From positions 96,001 to 160,000 of the forward strand of contig JBMNEZ010000001.1 in assembly GCA_050949045.1 (NCBI GenBank): a stretch of DNA of 64,000 nucleotides. The letters are read 5' to 3'. Shown one piece after another: positions 59,474-64,000 of this stretch. The position numbers and the translations under genes were made by a program. The DNA comes from Candidatus Izemoplasmatales bacterium (GTDB taxonomy: Bacteria; Bacillota_I; Bacilli_A; Izemoplasmatales; Hujiaoplasmataceae). Under the pieces are notes generated by a model. The model worked only from the letters and a program-made list of their open reading frames with translations. It ran no database searches and was not told the origin of the DNA. The first letter of the stretch is position 1, and each line of letters starts with the position of its first letter.

Positions 59474-62431
59474 ATGAAGATAATATGGAAAAACTTAAGC
59501 ACAAGAATATGGCTAATCATATCAGCAATACTTTCTTTCTTAATGCTCATAACCATAATAGCTGTGCAAATACCGTTTTTGAGTCAAACGATGAATACAT
59601 TGTTTGGCGGAGAAAGAAGAATCATTACCAGCCCTTCCGGCGAGAGTTATATGTATTATGAATCTGATTACTTTTCGAAAGCGTTGACCTTGCAAGAGGC
59701 CAATAAACTTAACGAACAAATCGTCGGAGAAGGCGTAGTGCTTCTAAAAAATGATAATAACGCGCTTCCAATTACCGGCTCTAAAGATATTAGTGTTTTT
59801 GGCAAGAATTCAGTCAATCTAGTTTATGGCGGATCGGGATCCGGTGAAAAAAGCGATATGCTCGATACGGATTTATATAGCAGTTTAGAAGACGCGGGAT
59901 TTACGACAAATCCTATTTTAAAAGCGTTTTATAAAGATAACTCCAAGTCTGGTAACGGGCGACCAGCCAATCCTTCAATCGGCGCTCAGTTAACCGGATT
60001 TCCAACTGGAGAAACACCAATTTCAAGTTATACACAGGATGTCAGGAACAGTTATAACCAATATGATGACGCCGCGATTGTCGTTTTTTCGAGAATCGGC
60101 GGTGAGGGCTATGATCTTCCGAGAACGATGCAAGTAAGCTTTACTGATCCTTCTGCAGTAGAAGGGGCTTCCAGCGCCCAGGATCACTATCTTCAGCTAG
60201 ACGCCAATGAAAAGGCGCTTCTTGAAGAAGTAAAAGCAAACTTCAGCAAAGTAATCGTTTTGATCAACAGCGCTACGACGATGGAACTGGGCGATCTTCA
60301 AGACGATGATGAAATCGACAGTATTCTTTGGATTGCCACAACCGGAGGAACGGGAATCAATGCAGTAGGTGATGTGTTGAGCGGCAAGATCAACCCTTCC
60401 GGTCGTACTGTCGCGACATATGCAAGAAACTTTAGAAACGATCCGACTTGGCATAACTTCGCATATAACGGTGTTAAAAACGGCAACCGTTACGTGGTTG
60501 GCGAAATTAATAGACCGTTCTATTTCGTTGATTATGAGGAAGGCATCTATGTCGGGTACCGTTATTATGAAACCAGAGGATTTGAAGAGATAAAGGCCAA
60601 TCCAGCTAGCACGTGGTACGAAGACAATGTCGTTTATCCTTTTGGTTTCGGATTGAGTTATACATCGTTTAAATGGGAAATAAGCTCCACATCATACCCT
60701 GATGAGTCCGTCTTGACTAAAAACGGAGTTATTGAAGTGACAGTGAAAGTTAAAAACACAGGCACTGTAAAAGGCAAAGAAGTTGTCCAATTATATTACA
60801 CGGCGCCATATACGAATGGCGGCATCGAAAAAGCCCATGTCGTGTTGGGGGCATTTGCCAAGACCAATGTGCTAAATCCTAACCAAAGCCAAGAACTAAA
60901 ATTGAGCCTAAAAGTCATGGATATGGCATCTTATGATTATAATGATGCCAATAACAACGGATTTAAAGGTTATGAACTTGAAGGCGGGAACTATGAGATC
61001 AAAATTATGAAAAACGCTCATGAACTGGTTGATTCTCTGACATACTCGGTTCCTGCAGGTGGGTTCAAAGTCGACTCTGATACCGAGTATGGAGTTCAGC
61101 CTGAAAATCGTTTTGATGATGTCAGTTCCAAGATTAATAGTGTTAATGTCGAGCAAACCGGCGGAACGATGACACTTATGTCAAGGGCGAATTTCGCTGG
61201 CACGATGCCTTCGACACCGACTCTCGCCGATCGTACAGTTAGTTCCGGATTCATTGACAGTCTAGCCTATCCCCAACAACCATGGACTGTGGATCAGGGC
61301 AAGCCGTATTACACAGCTAATGCTCCGATTCAGGCAAGTTCGGAACTATCGGAAAACGAAGTCAATTTAATGCTTTACGACATGATCGGCGTCGCTTACG
61401 ATGATCCTTCATGGGACACTTTCCTCAACCAATTGACGGTCGGGCAGATGGCTACTCTGATTGGCAGCGGCAACTTCCACACCGAGCCGCTTGTCAACCT
61501 CGGAAAACCGCGGACAACGGATCCCGACGGACCTGTCGGGTTCACCAATTTCATGGAAATCGGCGAAGCCACCGTCTATGACACCTGTTTTTATGCCAGT
61601 CCCTCGATTGTCGCGGCCACTTGGAACGTCGAACTCGCTTTTGAACAAGGCAAGATGGTCGGCAACGAAGGCATTTGGGGGAATGACCGGGGCGATCAGG
61701 CTCCTTATTCGGGCTGGTACGCTCCCGCTGTCAATATCCACCGGACTCCCTTCTCGGGTAGGAACTGGGAATATTACAGTGAAGATGGATTCTTGTCGGG
61801 TAAAATGGCAGCCAATGTGATTTTGGGAGCGAAGGAAAAAGGGGTCTACACCTTTATCAAACACTTTGCCGTCAACGATCAGGAGACGAACCGCGATTCG
61901 AACGGCTTGTTGACATGGCTTGACGAGCAGACGATGCGCGAGATCTATTTGAAACCGTTCGAGATGGCTGTCAAGGAAGGCAAGACGACCGCGATTATGT
62001 CATCATTTAACAGACTCGGCAAGGTTTGGGCAGGCGGAAGCTACGAATTGCTGACGGAAGTGTTGCGGAACGAATGGGGATTTAAAGGCACGGTTATCAC
62101 CGACTACAACGTTTATGCCCATATGCCCGCAGACCAGATGATTCGTGCCGGTGGCGATTTGAACCTGATCCAAGACAAGCGTCCGACGACATCAAACGAA
62201 GCTTTGACCAGCACTCAGATATCATTGATGCGCCAAGCTTCAAAGAACATCCTGTTCACCGTAGTCAACAGCAACGCGATGAACGGCTTGGGGGCCAACG
62301 CCACCATCAGATACATTTTGCCGCGTTGGAAAGTTGCGATGATCATCATCGAAAGTTCAATTGCCGGGTTGATTATAATCTCCGGGGCCATCTTGATTAC
62401 TAGTGTTTACAAAAAGAAACCGATTGTTTAA
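59474..62431 (+). CDS. Membrane-anchored GH3 beta-glycosidase (module 3 partner; TM at both ends)
   Basis: [60 protein letters not shown]. Confidence 0.93.
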   Translation: MKIIWKNLSTRIWLIISAILSFLMLITIIAVQIPFLSQTMNTLFGGERRIITSPSGESYMYYESDYFSKALTLQEANKLNEQIVGEGVVLLKNDNNALPITGSKDISVFGKNSVNLVYGGSGSGEKSDMLDTDLYSSLEDAGFTTNPILKAFYKDNSKSGNGRPANPSIGAQLTGFPTGETPISSYTQDVRNSYNQYDDAAIVVFSRIGGEGYDLPRTMQVSFTDPSAVEGASSAQDHYLQLDANEKALLEEVKANFSKVIVLINSATTMELGDLQDDDEIDSILWIATTGGTGINAVGDVLSGKINPSGRTVATYARNFRNDPTWHNFAYNGVKNGNRYVVGEINRPFYFVDYEEGIYVGYRYYETRGFEEIKANPASTWYEDNVVYPFGFGLSYTSFKWEISSTSYPDESVLTKNGVIEVTVKVKNTGTVKGKEVVQLYYTAPYTNGGIEKAHVVLGAFAKTNVLNPNQSQELKLSLKVMDMASYDYNDANNNGFKGYELEGGNYEIKIMKNAHELVDSLTYSVPAGGFKVDSDTEYGVQPENRFDDVSSKINSVNVEQTGGTMTLMSRANFAGTMPSTPTLADRTVSSGFIDSLAYPQQPWTVDQGKPYYTANAPIQASSELSENEVNLMLYDMIGVAYDDPSWDTFLNQLTVGQMATLIGSGNFHTEPLVNLGKPRTTDPDGPVGFTNFMEIGEATVYDTCFYASPSIVAATWNVELAFEQGKMVGNEGIWGNDRGDQAPYSGWYAPAVNIHRTPFSGRNWEYYSEDGFLSGKMAANVILGAKEKGVYTFIKHFAVNDQETNRDSNGLLTWLDEQTMREIYLKPFEMAVKEGKTTAIMSSFNRLGKVWAGGSYELLTEVLRNEWGFKGTVITDYNVYAHMPADQMIRAGGDLNLIQDKRPTTSNEALTSTQISLMRQASKNILFTVVNSNAMNGLGANATIRYILPRWKVAMIIIESSIAGLIIISGAILITSVYKKKPIV

Positions 62432-62487
62432 TACTGATTTTTCAGCATCAAATCTGAAATAACGTCAAAACCTGTTAATCTTTACTA

Positions 62488-62524
62488 AAAATAGGTATCG
62501 TTTCCAACAAATGATACCTATTTT
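62488..62524 (+). terminator. Terminator after GH3
   Basis: aaaataggtatc...gatacctatttt. Confidence 0.65.
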
Positions 62525-62738
62525 CTTTAAGGTGAGGAGAAGAGAGTCTTTTTTCATTGTAACATCGCCATAATTCTTTGGTTTATCAGGGCCTACTTTC
62601 AAGGACTTGCTTTACTAATGATATTCTTTTTCTCCTATACTAACATAAGGGTTGACCGCCTCCGCCTAGACGAAGTGTTTTTTCTCTAATTATTGAAGTT
62701 GAACTCAATTGTATCAATATGCAATAAGCTCAAATACA

Positions 62739-62771
62739 TAGAACAGCCGGCTTGACAAGCCGGCTGTTCTA
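62739..62771. other. Perfect 16-bp-arm palindrome (possible terminator of the minus-strand operon)
   Basis: tagaacagccggcttg-a-caagccggctgttcta. Confidence 0.6.
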
Positions 62772-62871
62772 CATGTTATTAGAAGATGTTATGAAAGAAA
62801 CTTATAGGCATCAAATTTGATTAACGGATTAGCTCAGTTTCATGCGAAATGTCAGAAATTTGTAGATGGGA

Positions 62872-63597
62872 TTAACTTTCCTTTTTTTCCAGTTCTTCTT
62901 TTTTCTCTTTACTTTGTGGGAATATGACTTTGAAGATTGGGAAGAATACCCAGAAGGAGATCGCGGAGTAGATGATCATGGTAATGAAGTCGGCGATCGT
63001 TTCACCGGTTGCGCCCCAACCCCAAATATTCATAAGCAAATTGTAGATCGGTACCGTGTACAACCCTCTGGCGGCCGAGGCAAAGATGGTTATCGCCACA
63101 TAGGCGACAGCGTACCAAAAAGCGGCCTTCCAGGGATTGCCATCGGATTTGAATGTGATGTTTCTTTGGGCAAAGAAGTTGATGACCTGGGCAATTAACA
63201 AAGTGATTTGAACAGCGAGGAAAAAGGCGAGACCGCCACCACCGCCGCTTGCCAGAGTCCCGGCTTTAAAATCAAAGATAAAGTAGTCCGACCCATCAAT
63301 GTTCTTCCCTAGTTGCCAGATTTGGAAATTAATGTTGATAAGATTGGTCTTCGCAAAAATGGCTTTCAGGATCGGCATCAAGATCATCTGTAAAACGGTA
63401 ACGCCGTTACTTAACATGAAAAACACAAGAAATTGAGCTACGTTCGGGAATCTCTTTTTGAACTTTTTCCAGAGATTGACCCACCATTGGACAAAACGGG
63501 ATTGACCTAACTTTCTAAAAAATTCTTTGACTTTACTTGGTTTTTCTTCTTGTGTGACCGGAGCTTCAACTTCGGCCATTTCTTTTTCTTCACTCAT
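62872..63597 (-). CDS. Membrane protein, possibly GtrA-like
   Basis: QFLVFF, AQVINFFAQRNITFKS, SFWVFFPIFKVIF; about 4 TM segments. Confidence 0.65.
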   Translation of the reverse strand: MSEEKEMAEVEAPVTQEEKPSKVKEFFRKLGQSRFVQWWVNLWKKFKKRFPNVAQFLVFFMLSNGVTVLQMILMPILKAIFAKTNLININFQIWQLGKNIDGSDYFIFDFKAGTLASGGGGGLAFFLAVQITLLIAQVINFFAQRNITFKSDGNPWKAAFWYAVAYVAITIFASAARGLYTVPIYNLLMNIWGWGATGETIADFITMIIYSAISFWVFFPIFKVIFPQSKEKKEELEKKES

Positions 63598-64000
63598 GCC
63601 TCTTTCACCTTTCTATTTTTTGTTTTATTTTTCTTTGAACGTTTTTTTCCTTCCGCAAAGAATTTGCCCAAGCCTTTGAAGAAGCGGCCGTTGAACATCA
63701 TGATCAGGCCATCAAGCTGTCCCATGGTGATCATCCCGCCGGACATATGGGCGAGCCCTCGCATTGGCAAATGGAGAACTCCCATTGCCAGAGTATTGGA
63801 CAATGATCTCATTCCAAAGAAACGAAGGAACTTGATCGCAAAGCGGACGCCACCGGAAAAAGCTCTTCCGACCCACCGCTTGGAGTACCTCAACTGTTCA
63901 ACGGTCGTGTTGTATCCAACAACGAGGCGGTTCTTTTTATAAAAATCATATGTTGCCTTCGGCACGGGACGGCCGAGGATGTTTTCGAATTCTTCGCTTG
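63594..64000 (-). CDS. C-terminal end of a probable GH3 beta-glucosidase (5' part outside window)
   Basis: Frame open to the window edge: SEEFENILGRPVP..TVEQLRY..LPMRGLAHMSGG..NGRFFKGL, resembling Firmicutes GH3 C-termini from memory. Confidence 0.65.
   Translation of the reverse strand, partial: SEEFENILGRPVPKATYDFYKKNRLVVGYNTTVEQLRYSKRWVGRAFSGGVRFAIKFLRFFGMRSLSNTLAMGVLHLPMRGLAHMSGGMITMGQLDGLIMMFNGRFFKGLGKFFAEGKKRSKKNKTKNRKVKEA

Noticed and set aside
1..64000. CRISPR array or cas genes
   Set aside because: All tandem repeats found are in-frame coding repeats without unique spacers, and no cas-like ORF is present.

Overview
Window from a low-GC monoderm bacterium that looks like anaerobic Bacilli/Mollicutes-related; TGA is used as a stop, so code 11. 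1-9.6 kb is housekeeping and energy: trxB-like, chorismate mutase, ltaE, an unusual rnfCDG(G)EAB operon (one G-like gene with an in-frame TAA, a very short RnfB), a two-motif FMN-binding lipoprotein and tRNA-Lys(CTT). The remaining ~54 kb is a glycoside-utilisation region with seven GH3 genes (one partial), GH2, GH78, a GPH/MFS transporter, rhaB/rhaA, a tandem class II aldolase and two AgrC/LytTR-type two-component systems. A three-gene surface module occurs three times: a giant domain-permuted GH3 ending in a Gly-Cys + TM + basic tail, then a stem-loop, a lipoprotein with a shared C-terminal CBM-like domain, and a second GH3 with TM helices at both ends. The Cys-containing tails plus a nearby CPBP-family intramembrane protease suggest an undescribed Cys-CTERM sorting system. 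Also seen: a ~326-bp near-identical inverted repeat joining modules 1 and 2, a 35-bp direct repeat bounding a 12-kb island after tRNA-Lys, and a frameshifted dehydrogenase E1 remnant beside an orphan lpdA. All calls come from reading motifs by eye; no database searches were run.
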